DNA of 32,000 nt from Thermoproteus tenax Kra 1 (GTDB lineage Archaea > Thermoproteota > Thermoprotei > Thermoproteales > Thermoproteaceae): assembly GCF_000253055.1 (NCBI RefSeq), contig NC_016070.1, positions 600,001 to 632,000 on the forward strand. The letters are read 5' to 3'. This document shows, piece after piece, positions 1-7,938 of this stretch. Each line of letters begins with the position of its first letter. Position 1 is the stretch's first letter. The notes beneath the pieces are model-generated. The model was not told the origin of the DNA and did no database searches. It worked only from the letters and a program-made list of their open reading frames with translations. Position numbers and translations under genes: made by a program.

Positions 1-255
1 GCGGATGACCCGCCGACACGCCGCGTGGGCCGGCGCGGCTGGTCGGACGGGGGTTGCAGTGGGCTGGACGGGCGCCGCCTGTCCCTCCCTCCGGAGCCCT
101 AGGTCAGGGGGGCCCGTAACTCCGCCGGCGCCGGCCGTCGCTCCCACGTGGGCGGTCTGGCGGGCGATGAAGCCTCGGCCCTCGGGGCCTGCCCAGCCGG
201 CGTACCCAAGCCGTAGGGCTTGGCGGCGCCGGCGAAGGCGGCGAACCAGGGGAGG
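1..255. other. GC-rich, apparently non-coding, potentially structured region; possible structural RNA, class and strand unresolved
   Basis: About 78% GC in the first 60 nt by hand count. No frame gives a protein-like product (Arg/Ala/Pro-rich translations only). Strong hairpin 196-202 GCCGGCG / 227-233 CGCCGGC with inner stem 206-212 CCAAGCC / 217-223 GGCTTGG. Confidence 0.4.
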
Positions 256-265
256 TCCGGGAGAG

Positions 266-1201
266 CTATATCTTTATTTCGGCCAAAGTGTCGTCGGTAT
301 AGACGTCCTTGATCGCTAGGATGTCGCCCGAGTAGATCCCAATCTTGGGCCTTACCGCCCTATAGGGCCCAGCCTTGCTTGAGAAGATAGTGTAGACCAC
401 AGAGTTGTGCCGCACGAAGCCCTGTTCCACGTATAAGTGGCCTCTGACTATTCCCTTGAGCCCCTCTCTCTTGAGGAACTCTGCGGTGGGCCTTCTGCCG
501 TAGAGCCAGATGCCAGGTCCTCTAGGGCTCGGCATATAGCTCTCGCAGTCGCATGGATCGTTCCACAGAGCCTGAAAGGCGAGGGGGTCCTCGGGCAGAG
601 TGAGGTCCCCCCTTACGGCCTTGAGCTCCTCCAGTGCTGCGGGCTCCATCGAGGGCTCCTTGAGGGGCACGCCGCCGTGGACGGCCAGAAGTACGTCGTT
701 TATTTTAGCGGCCAGAGGCATGCGCGCGAACATCTTCTCTATTTCGCCGTAGAGCTCCGCGCAGTTGGGGAGTCTCTTCAAAAGACATAGCTCATCTATG
801 AACCCCCCGTCCTCGTTCATAAGCGGAGACTCGTGGTTGCCCCTCAGGACGTAGGCCCTCCCCTCGAGGTAGAGGCCGACGACGGTCTTCAGAACCTCAA
901 GTCCGTGTCTCCCTCTGTCGACGTAATCTCCAAGAAAGAGGAGCTTTTTATTGCCCCATTTCTCCAAGATGATGTCCAACGTGTCTCTGTCGCCGTGTAG
1001 ATCCCCTACGATGACCAGTTCCTTCTCTCTGATATCTAGCACTAAGCCCCCCTCGGCGAACTTAGCCGCCGCCTCCCGGAAGAGCTCCTTCAAGTCCACA
1101 GCCACGAGCCGTTGTGTTAATTTTACGGTTACGTCAGCCTGAATAGGCGAGAGGCGTTGTAGTAGACTCTGTCCACTACATCGTCCTCGCTCATGCGCCA
1201 T
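266..1201 (-). CDS. PPP-family serine/threonine protein phosphatase (calcineurin-like metallophosphoesterase); true start probably internal
   Basis: Motifs GDLHGD, GDYVDRG and RGNHE in the translation. The first ~20 aa overlap the upstream TatD gene and look non-conserved. Confidence 0.9.
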   Translation of the reverse strand: MAHERGRCSGQSLLQRLSPIQADVTVKLTQRLVAVDLKELFREAAAKFAEGGLVLDIREKELVIVGDLHGDRDTLDIILEKWGNKKLLFLGDYVDRGRHGLEVLKTVVGLYLEGRAYVLRGNHESPLMNEDGGFIDELCLLKRLPNCAELYGEIEKMFARMPLAAKINDVLLAVHGGVPLKEPSMEPAALEELKAVRGDLTLPEDPLAFQALWNDPCDCESYMPSPRGPGIWLYGRRPTAEFLKREGLKGIVRGHLYVEQGFVRHNSVVYTIFSSKAGPYRAVRPKIGIYSGDILAIKDVYTDDTLAEIKI

Positions 1202-1845
1202 ATCTCGGCCAACACCTTTATCGTCTCCTTCACCATGGGCGGCTGGAGCTTGAGCCCTCTATACTCGTAGGGCCCGTCGCTCTCCAACAACACCATATCG
1301 GGGCGGGCCGCCTCGGCGACATCCCTGTGTTTCTTCTGTATCTTCACAGCTGGGTTTATGGTTATATAATAGCCGTATCTGCCGATGTCTTCCAAAAGGG
1401 CGAGGGGGCCGGTGTACCAGTGGATAACGGCCTTGTCCACGTCCGCCTTCCTCAGAGCCTCGACCACGTCGGCCCACGCATCCGGCGCATGGACGTTGAG
1501 CACTAGATCGTACTCTTTGGCCAATCGGAGGAACGCCGAGAACACCTCCCTCTGTTTTTCGTAGGTCTCGGGCACGAACTTCTTATCGAGCCCAACCTCG
1601 CCTATGCAAGGCGCATTGCTCCTCTCGATGAGCTTCAGCGTTGTGGAGAGGTCAGCGGGAGTGGATCTGTCTACGTGCCAGGGATGTATGCCGAGGCAAG
1701 GGACTAAGCCGATGCGCTCGCTCAGCTCCAGAGTCCTCGCCGAGCTCGTTGCATCGTCTGAAACCCCCACCAGTTTTATCTCGGAGAATTTGGCGAGCTC
1801 TTCGTCGGAGAACTCATGGCAGTGGCAGTGAGCGTCTATCAACAC
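1129..1845 (-). CDS. TatD-family metal-dependent hydrolase
   Basis: N-terminal DAHCHCHEF, CLGIHPWH, GEVGLDKKF, VLNVHAPDA, LLESDGPY motifs. Confidence 0.85.
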   Translation of the reverse strand: MLIDAHCHCHEFSDEELAKFSEIKLVGVSDDATSSARTLELSERIGLVPCLGIHPWHVDRSTPADLSTTLKLIERSNAPCIGEVGLDKKFVPETYEKQREVFSAFLRLAKEYDLVLNVHAPDAWADVVEALRKADVDKAVIHWYTGPLALLEDIGRYGYYITINPAVKIQKKHRDVAEAARPDMVLLESDGPYEYRGLKLQPPMVKETIKVLAEIWRMSEDDVVDRVYYNASRLFRLT

Positions 1846-1893
1846 AGTACACCGTGGCTGCCAGATTTTAAAGGTTGATCCAGTGACAGAGAA

Positions 1894-2415
1894 GTGAGGA
1901 GGAGTAGAGTCAGAGTTATGGGGATCGACGTAGAGCTGTTGGAGTTCGATGAGGGCGTTGAGACCGTTGAAAGGGCGGCCAGAGCCAGCGGCGAGCCGCC
2001 CGAGGCTATAGTGAAGACGCTGCTTATGAGGGCCGGCGACGAGTATATAGTTGTATTGGCCAGAGGTCTCGCCAAAGTGAACACTGAAGCGCTCTCGAGG
2101 GCCTTGGGAACGCCGGTTGTCTTGGCCAGAGCCAGAGAGGTGAGGGCAGTGCTAGGCGTTGAGCCAGGCGCTGTGACGCCTCTGAGCGAGAAGGTCAAGG
2201 CTCTGAGGATATTCGCAGACCCCGGCATTCTGCATTATGAATACGTCTTAGTAGGAGGGGGGAACACGAGGTCTCTAATAAGGGTTAGGACCTCGGATCT
2301 AGTGAGGGCACTATCCCCCAGTTTTGTCGGGGATCTTCTCCTCGAAGAGCCCGAGGCCCACGACGAGGATAAAGGCGAACCAAGCCAAAGCCAACAACAC
2401 GTGGTCTCTGGATAG
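1894..2415 (+). CDS. YbaK/ProX-type aminoacyl-tRNA deacylase-like protein
   Basis: Translation EAIVKTLLMRAGDEYIVVLARGLAKVNTEALSRALG...VRAVLGVEPGAVTPLS is typical of the YbaK/EbsC fold. Confidence 0.8.
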   Translation: MRRSRVRVMGIDVELLEFDEGVETVERAARASGEPPEAIVKTLLMRAGDEYIVVLARGLAKVNTEALSRALGTPVVLARAREVRAVLGVEPGAVTPLSEKVKALRIFADPGILHYEYVLVGGGNTRSLIRVRTSDLVRALSPSFVGDLLLEEPEAHDEDKGEPSQSQQHVVSG

Positions 2416-2493
2416 AAGCGAGATCCACGTGAAGGCCAACGCTAAGAGGAGCGCTACGACGGCCGCTATTATCTTATCGACCCCCAGCTTCAT
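2311..2493 (-). CDS. small membrane protein (60 aa, two hydrophobic segments)
   Basis: IIAAVVALLLALAFTWISL and HVLLALAWFAFILVVGLGLF; overlaps the 3' end of the opposite-strand YbaK-like gene. Confidence 0.5.
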   Translation of the reverse strand: MKLGVDKIIAAVVALLLALAFTWISLLSRDHVLLALAWFAFILVVGLGLFEEKIPDKTGG

Positions 2494-2525
2494 CGCGAGT
2501 GAAAACAGAGGCTATTATTAAGGAT

Positions 2526-2939
2526 TTAGTCTGCGGCGGGCGCGTAGCTCGTCGTGAGCTCCGCGAATGATGCAGCGTCTGATAAAAGCTCGTCTTCATC
2601 GGCTATGTCGCTTGCAGACACTACTCCTATGAACCTCCCGCCCGAGGTGACTGCCGCAAACCTGTTCCCCGATACGATAAACGCCTCCGCCACCTTCCAC
2701 AACGGCTCGTGTCCCTCGACCAACAACGGCGGAGCTGTAATTATTTCTACCACCGGTGCGTCGGGCGGAGTGTTCTGAGCCACGGCTCTAACTATATCGT
2801 ATTCTGTAATTACGCCCACAGGCTCCTCGCCGTCTAGAACTACGGCGCATTCCGCCTCGACAAGGGCCTTGGCGGCATCCAACACAGTGCTGTTGGGGGC
2901 GATGCTTGGAACCTCCTTGGCTATGTCGATCGCCTTCAT
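2526..2939 (-). CDS. CBS-domain protein
   Basis: Paired CBS repeats: PNSTVLDAAKALVEAECAVVLDGEEPVGVITEYDIVRAV and GNRFAAVTSGGRFIGVVSASDIADE. A TATA-like TTTATAAA (minus) lies ~25 nt upstream of the start. Confidence 0.85.
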   Translation of the reverse strand: MKAIDIAKEVPSIAPNSTVLDAAKALVEAECAVVLDGEEPVGVITEYDIVRAVAQNTPPDAPVVEIITAPPLLVEGHEPLWKVAEAFIVSGNRFAAVTSGGRFIGVVSASDIADEDELLSDAASFAELTTSYAPAAD

Positions 2940-3121
2940 GTAATAACTTATGATTTTTATTTATAAATCTTATTACTTGATTTTAGTTAGGCTAAATATC
3001 TTTAGTGATATTCATTATATTTTTACTGTTAGTCAAATGGATTTTTAAAAACTATAGATTATATTCATCTATATATATTGCCCGACGTCGGACTGTGCAG
3101 AGCGGACATTAGAACAAACTA

Positions 3122-3212
3122 AGCCGCCGCCGGGATTTGAACCCGGGACCTACGGGTCTGCAGCCGCGGCCGAAGGCTCGTCCGCCGCTATGCCGGGCTT
3201 AGCTACGGCGGC
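3122..3212 (-). tRNA. tRNA-Cys (anticodon GCA) with a 17-nt non-canonical intron (about 3165-3181)
   Basis: Reverse complement GCCGCCG-TA-GCTA-AGCCCGGCA-TAGC-G-GCGG-[ACGAGCCTTCGGCCGCG]-G-CTGCAGA-CCCGT-AGGTC-CCGGG-TTCAAAT-CCCGG-CGGCGGC-T. Removing the 17 nt restores a 5-bp anticodon stem (with G27-U43) and loop CU-GCA-GA. U73 fits Cys; CCA is not encoded. Confidence 0.92.
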
Positions 3213-3275
3213 TCAGTAAGATCAAACGTTGCAAATTAAAAACATTGAGGCCAATGTTCTTATTTCAGCTCTATA

Positions 3276-4448
3276 TTGGAGCTAATGTATAAAGCTCTGG
3301 CGTTTGCGTCGCCTATACACGGGGACTTCGTCCACGCTAAGTACGAGGAGGTCAAGAGGTTGTTTCCAACGGCGTCTGGCCCCTACTCCAGCGCCGAAGA
3401 TGCTCCCCCAGCTAAAGTCGCCGTTATAATACCGATTACCGGCGGAACTAGCGCCGCTATAGCGGAATACGCCAGAAGGGCCGGAGCAGAGCGCGTGGTG
3501 CTGTTCGGTCTGCCAGAGCACAACAGTCTCGCTTCGGCGCTCTCTGCGAGGTCTCTTTTGGAGGCCGAGGGCATCAAGACTTGGGTATTTCACTGCCCCC
3601 CTGGCTCAGACTGCAGTAGGGAGGCCGATATGGCGTCTAGGGTCGCCGGCGCCGTCGCCTCGCTTCACTCGCCGCGAGTGTTGCTAATAGGCAGGAGGAC
3701 AGCCCAGACAGAGCGATTTGAGGCCAAATTTAACGCAAAGGTCGATGTGATGTCCATAGACGACTTCGCCGAGCTCGTCCGTAAGTCAGAGCCCGACCCG
3801 GAGTTCCTCAGAGTGTTCGGGCGAGATCTTGCAGACATCGCCAGGATATACGCAGCCCTCAAGGGGCTGGGCAGTTACGATGGGGTGGCTGTTACGTGCT
3901 TCCCCTATATCCAAAAGTACGGCAAGACGCCGTGTCTGCCCCTCTCTCTATTAAACTCTAGGGGGATTTTGGCGGCATGTGAAGGCGACCTTCAGGCTCT
4001 CACTGCAATGTTCATCTCAAGGGCTCTGACAGACACCGGCGGGTGGATCGCCAATGTGGCATACGTGAGAGAGGATGAGGCGTTCTTCGCCCACTGCACG
4101 ATAAACTTGGGCATGGCTAAGGCGTGGCGCATAATGCCCCACTTTGAGACAGGGAAGCCGGCGGGTCTAGCAGCGGAGCTCCCGCGGGGTCTCTATACAG
4201 GTATCAGCGTCGGCCCCTTGTTTGATAGACTGGGGGTCGGCCTCTTCGAGGCCCTTGAGACAGGCAATATGGTCCCTTGGGCATGTAGAACTCAGATGAG
4301 GGCCCGCCCCCTCTTCGATGGCAGGAGGCTCCTGGAGTTGGCCCCGGCAAACCACCACGTGTTGGCTCCAGGAGATCTGAGGGAGGCTCTCAGAGCGGTG
4401 TCGCATCTATTGGACATGCGCTACGTCGGCTACTCAGAGGGACAATAG
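3276..4448 (+). CDS. L-fucose isomerase-like (sugar isomerase superfamily) protein
   Basis: ORF coherence plus C-terminal GNMVPWACRTQMRARP...NHHVLAPGDL, reminiscent of fucose/arabinose isomerase C-terminal domains. Start TTG at 3276 or ATG at 3285. Confidence 0.65.
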   Translation: MELMYKALAFASPIHGDFVHAKYEEVKRLFPTASGPYSSAEDAPPAKVAVIIPITGGTSAAIAEYARRAGAERVVLFGLPEHNSLASALSARSLLEAEGIKTWVFHCPPGSDCSREADMASRVAGAVASLHSPRVLLIGRRTAQTERFEAKFNAKVDVMSIDDFAELVRKSEPDPEFLRVFGRDLADIARIYAALKGLGSYDGVAVTCFPYIQKYGKTPCLPLSLLNSRGILAACEGDLQALTAMFISRALTDTGGWIANVAYVREDEAFFAHCTINLGMAKAWRIMPHFETGKPAGLAAELPRGLYTGISVGPLFDRLGVGLFEALETGNMVPWACRTQMRARPLFDGRRLLELAPANHHVLAPGDLREALRAVSHLLDMRYVGYSEGQ

Positions 4449-5852
4449 CTCTTGTATCCTCCTCGCCACGTCTGGATCCGGCTCCACCTCCTCGGGCCAT
4501 GGCCTTCCTCCATATTCCTCCGGCAACTTCCTCGTGGCGTCTATACCTAGCTTGGAGCCGTAGCCCGGCGTCGGCGACCCGGTGTCCAACACGTCCACAT
4601 GTGCCCCGGGCACCACCAAGACGTCTCTCTGCGGGTCAACCCTCTGGGCAAGCGCGAAGAGCACTTGGTTTATGTCGTGCACATCCACGTCGTGGTCCAC
4701 GACTATGAGTATCTTTGTCAGCGACATCATGTGGCCCAAGCCCCATAGCGCCATCATCACCTTCTTGGCGTGTCCCGGATACCTCTTCTTGATGGACACT
4801 ATAGCAAGGCCTTGGTAGAGGCTTGAGGGCGGCATCTCTAGGTCAACCACCTCGGGTAACAAGAACCTCAAGATTGGGAGGAATATTCTCTCAACCGCCT
4901 TGCCCATCCAAGCGTCCTCTAGCGGAGGTTTGCCGACGACCGTTCCATAGTAGATGGGGTCCTCCCTCCTCAGAAGCGCCTTAGCTTTGAAGGTCGGGTA
5001 AAGGCCGCCTTGGTCGTAGACGCCGTAGTGGTCTCCGAAGGGGCCCTCCTTCCTTAGGTCTCTCACGTCCACGCATCCTTCAACGACGGCCTCGGCGTTT
5101 GCCGGTATCAGCAACTCAGTCGCCTCGCCCTTCGCGACCTCCACTCCCTCGCCCTTCAATAAGCCGGCGAAGAGGTACTCGTCGAGAGGATACGGCGTGG
5201 GCATCATTCCGCTCAACATCAAGGCTGGGTCCCCCCCTATTGCTATGGCCGCGTCGACACAGCCCTCGGAGACTGAGAAGAGCTCGGCGGCCCTCTTGTG
5301 TATCTGCGCGTGGACTATCGCCTCCGTCTCGTTCAAGATTTGTATTCTATATACTCCTATGTTGGTCACCCCATCCCGCGATTTTGTTATGAAGAGTCCG
5401 TACGTTATATATCTGCCTGCGTCCTTGGGCCACGACTTAAACGCCGGAATAGACAGTAGGTTTGGCCTTTCCACGACCTCTTTCACGTCGGCTCTCCTGA
5501 CCAACCGAGGCGAGTATTTGCCCAGCGAGAGGACGTCGGTTAGCGATCTGATCTTCTCAGTCAAGGTGATAGGGGGCGGCGACGATATAATGGCTAACAG
5601 CCTCTCGCCGATATCCTCAAGCCTCTCAACGCCGAGGGCAAGCTTTATTCTGTCCATTGTAGCGAAGAGGTTGCCTACGACTCTCCAGCCGGGATGCCCT
5701 TTGACTTTCTCAAAAAGGAGGGCAGGACCCTGCTTATACGCCGCTCTCCGTATGGCCTCGGGTATTTCGAGCTCCGGCGAAAGCTCCACAGTTATCCTCC
5801 TCAGCTCTCCTCTGGTCTCCAGAGCTTGAATATACTCCCTTAGGTCGCGCAT
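4434..5852 (-). CDS. UbiD-family (de)carboxylase
   Basis: MRDLREYIQALETRGELRRI, HPGWRVVGNLF, GPFGDHYGVYDQGG, DHDVDVHDINQVLFALAQRVDPQRDV, SKLGIDATRK are hallmark UbiD motifs. Confidence 0.93.
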   Translation of the reverse strand: MRDLREYIQALETRGELRRITVELSPELEIPEAIRRAAYKQGPALLFEKVKGHPGWRVVGNLFATMDRIKLALGVERLEDIGERLLAIISSPPPITLTEKIRSLTDVLSLGKYSPRLVRRADVKEVVERPNLLSIPAFKSWPKDAGRYITYGLFITKSRDGVTNIGVYRIQILNETEAIVHAQIHKRAAELFSVSEGCVDAAIAIGGDPALMLSGMMPTPYPLDEYLFAGLLKGEGVEVAKGEATELLIPANAEAVVEGCVDVRDLRKEGPFGDHYGVYDQGGLYPTFKAKALLRREDPIYYGTVVGKPPLEDAWMGKAVERIFLPILRFLLPEVVDLEMPPSSLYQGLAIVSIKKRYPGHAKKVMMALWGLGHMMSLTKILIVVDHDVDVHDINQVLFALAQRVDPQRDVLVVPGAHVDVLDTGSPTPGYGSKLGIDATRKLPEEYGGRPWPEEVEPDPDVARRIQELLSL

Positions 5853-5881
5853 GGGATTTAAAACGCAGATATATTTAGCGC
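5853..5881. promoter_or_regulatory. 29-bp divergent ubiD/ubiA-like promoter with two oppositely directed TATA-like boxes
   Basis: gggatttaaaacgcagatatatttagcgc: TTTAAAA faces the + gene; TAAATATAT (minus) faces the - gene. Confidence 0.5.
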
Positions 5882-6757
5882 GTGAGATGGGACCCCGAAG
5901 CCGCCAGTTCAGCCTTCTCCAGATACCTCAAGTTCGTGAGGATAGAGCACACGCTCTTCGCATTGCCCATGGCCTACGCCGCCGCGCTCGAGGCCTCGGG
6001 AGGCCGCATGAGTTTGTGGCAAGCTGTGTGGATAGCGCTGGCGTTCCTGGGCCTTAGGATCGCCGGCATGTCCTACAACAATATAGCAGACCGCGACATA
6101 GATGCCCTAAATCCCAGGACTAGGGGTAGGATGTTGGTGACCGGAGCTGTGTCGTTAAAGGGCGCATATGCCGTCTTAGGAATCGGCGTTGCTCTCTTCG
6201 AGCTGTCGGCCGCAATGTTGGGGCCATGGCCCCTCTATCTCTCCCTCCCATATCTGTTGATAACGTTGAGCTATCCATATGCCAAGCGTTGGCACTGTCT
6301 CCCCCACTTGCATCTCGGCTCGGTCTACGCCCTCGTGCCTCTCGGCGCTGCCATAGCTATGTATAGCGAGGATATAGGGGCTGCCCTTGTTCACACGCCT
6401 TGGCTCCTCGTCGCGGCCTCGGCTCTGTGGGTCGCCGGCTTTGATACGTTCTACTCCAAAATGGATCTAGATTTCGACCGGAGGATGGGCTTGGGGAGCA
6501 TCCCGGCATGTTATGGGGAGCGGGCGGCCAGGATGGCGTGGACCCTCATGTTGACGGCCTCGGCTGTTATGTACCTATTGAACTACATCGCGATGGGGGG
6601 AGGGCCCATAGGTCTCGTGCCCACGGCGATAGCTGCTGTAGTGGAGGCGTCCTCCGCCGTCTTGGCATACGATGAGTCCAAGATACCAACCGCCTTCAAC
6701 TCTAATTTGTCCGTAGGACTTCTGATGTCGCTCGGCATTTTGCTCAACTATATCTGA
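5882..6757 (+). CDS. UbiA-family prenyltransferase
   Basis: YNNIADRDIDALNPRTRGR (N-x3-D-x3-D type) and DTFYSKMDLDFDRRMGLGSIP (second Asp-rich motif), with multiple hydrophobic segments. Confidence 0.9.
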   Translation: MRWDPEAASSAFSRYLKFVRIEHTLFALPMAYAAALEASGGRMSLWQAVWIALAFLGLRIAGMSYNNIADRDIDALNPRTRGRMLVTGAVSLKGAYAVLGIGVALFELSAAMLGPWPLYLSLPYLLITLSYPYAKRWHCLPHLHLGSVYALVPLGAAIAMYSEDIGAALVHTPWLLVAASALWVAGFDTFYSKMDLDFDRRMGLGSIPACYGERAARMAWTLMLTASAVMYLLNYIAMGGGPIGLVPTAIAAVVEASSAVLAYDESKIPTAFNSNLSVGLLMSLGILLNYI

Positions 6758-7647
6758 TGTGGGGCTCCCCGGCGGTCTTGGCGGTGGCGCTGGCCCTTGA
6801 GGTCTTGGATCGGCCAAGAGAATGGAATGGGTATTTTGTGAGCAGGTTGATCCCGCCCTCGGCGCATCCAGTGGCTCTAATCTATAAAGCGGCCTCCCGC
6901 CTCGTTAAGAGGGGCGCCACGTTGAGAAACGCCTTGTTAGTGGCATTATTCGTCCTGGCGCCGTCTCTGGCTCTGTATATGTTACAGTCCGCGATAGGCT
7001 CGGGTTTGTGGCAGACTGTGGCCGAGGCCTATCTGCTCAAGCTGGCCTTCTCCGAAAGCCATATACTCTACCCTTGTTGGAGCGCCTATAGTAGGGATAG
7101 CTGTCCCAGGGGCGTGGTTCAACAGTTCGTGAGAAGGGATCTCGCCACGGCCTCGTGCCCGCACGTGGCATCAGCCTGCATAGAAACTGCCGCGGAGTCC
7201 TTTGTGGACTCCTTTGTGTCGCCCTTGTTCTGGTATATTCTGTTGGGGTTGCCTGGCGCCTGGGCACAGAGGATCGCCAACACTCTGGATGGACTCATCG
7301 GGTTCAGAGACTGGGGCAAGTCGGGGGCCCCTGCGGCATATCTAGATACGGCGCTAAACTGGATCCCGGCAAGGCTCTCGGCCGGCGTCATCCTAGCGTC
7401 CGCGCTCCTGTTGGGGCTACGTCCGGATCTCTCGCCTCTGAGGGGCAATAGAATGGAGAGCAAGAACGCCCGTTGGCCTATATCTGCCGTGGCAGGAGCG
7501 CTTGCAGTCCGTCTCGAGAAGCCGGGTATATACGCCGTAGGGCGCGGGCCTCTTCCCGACGTCGAGTCGGTGAGGAGGGCCCTCAAGCTGTTGGCCTTAT
7601 CATGTACTATCTACTCTCTTTTTGCGCTGGGCCTTATGTTTATATAG
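6757..7647 (+). CDS. cbiB: CobD/CbiB-family adenosylcobinamide-phosphate synthase (membrane protein)
   Basis: IETAAESFVDSFVSPLFWYILLGLPGAWAQRIANTLDGLIGFRD is characteristic of CbiB. ATG overlaps the UbiA stop (TGATG). Confidence 0.85.
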   Translation: MWGSPAVLAVALALEVLDRPREWNGYFVSRLIPPSAHPVALIYKAASRLVKRGATLRNALLVALFVLAPSLALYMLQSAIGSGLWQTVAEAYLLKLAFSESHILYPCWSAYSRDSCPRGVVQQFVRRDLATASCPHVASACIETAAESFVDSFVSPLFWYILLGLPGAWAQRIANTLDGLIGFRDWGKSGAPAAYLDTALNWIPARLSAGVILASALLLGLRPDLSPLRGNRMESKNARWPISAVAGALAVRLEKPGIYAVGRGPLPDVESVRRALKLLALSCTIYSLFALGLMFI

Positions 7648-7938
7648 GTGGGTCTTGATGGAGACATGAAGCCGGCGAACTATGAGCTATTCTACTATGC
7701 ATATATAGGGTTCGCAATTGGCGTGGCTGTCTTCTACCTATATCTTACATTGGGCGGATATGTGGCCCCCAACTACTCCGTAGGCGGGCAGACCTGGAAT
7801 TTAGCCGAGGTGGTCGCAGCGTTGTTCACGGCGGCTACCATAGGCGTGATATATCTGAGATATCGTCAGGAGGGCGAGAGGGAGGCGTCTACTGCGGTCT
7901 CCGCCAAGACTGCCAAGAGGAAGGAGAGGAGGCGTTGA
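7648..7938 (+). CDS. small hydrophobic protein with a basic C-terminus, unknown function
   Basis: ORF directly follows cbiB; two hydrophobic segments, then a Lys/Arg-rich tail. Confidence 0.55.
   Translation: MGLDGDMKPANYELFYYAYIGFAIGVAVFYLYLTLGGYVAPNYSVGGQTWNLAEVVAALFTAATIGVIYLRYRQEGEREASTAVSAKTAKRKERRR

Noticed and set aside
1-255. SRP (7S) RNA at the left edge
   Set aside because: GC content and folding would fit, but the invariant helix 8 elements (GGAAG/AGCAG) were not found on either strand; kept only as an unclassified RNA candidate.
5-319. 104-aa ORF at the left edge
   Set aside because: Arg/Ala/Pro-rich translation of very GC-rich DNA ending antisense within the phosphatase gene; no protein-like features.
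5197-5829. 210-aa + strand ORF within the ubiD gene
   Set aside because: Antisense shadow of a strongly conserved UbiD frame; its translation shows no recognisable domain.
7119-7586. 155-aa minus strand ORF
   Set aside because: Antisense to the CbiB gene; composition is low-quality and no motifs are seen.
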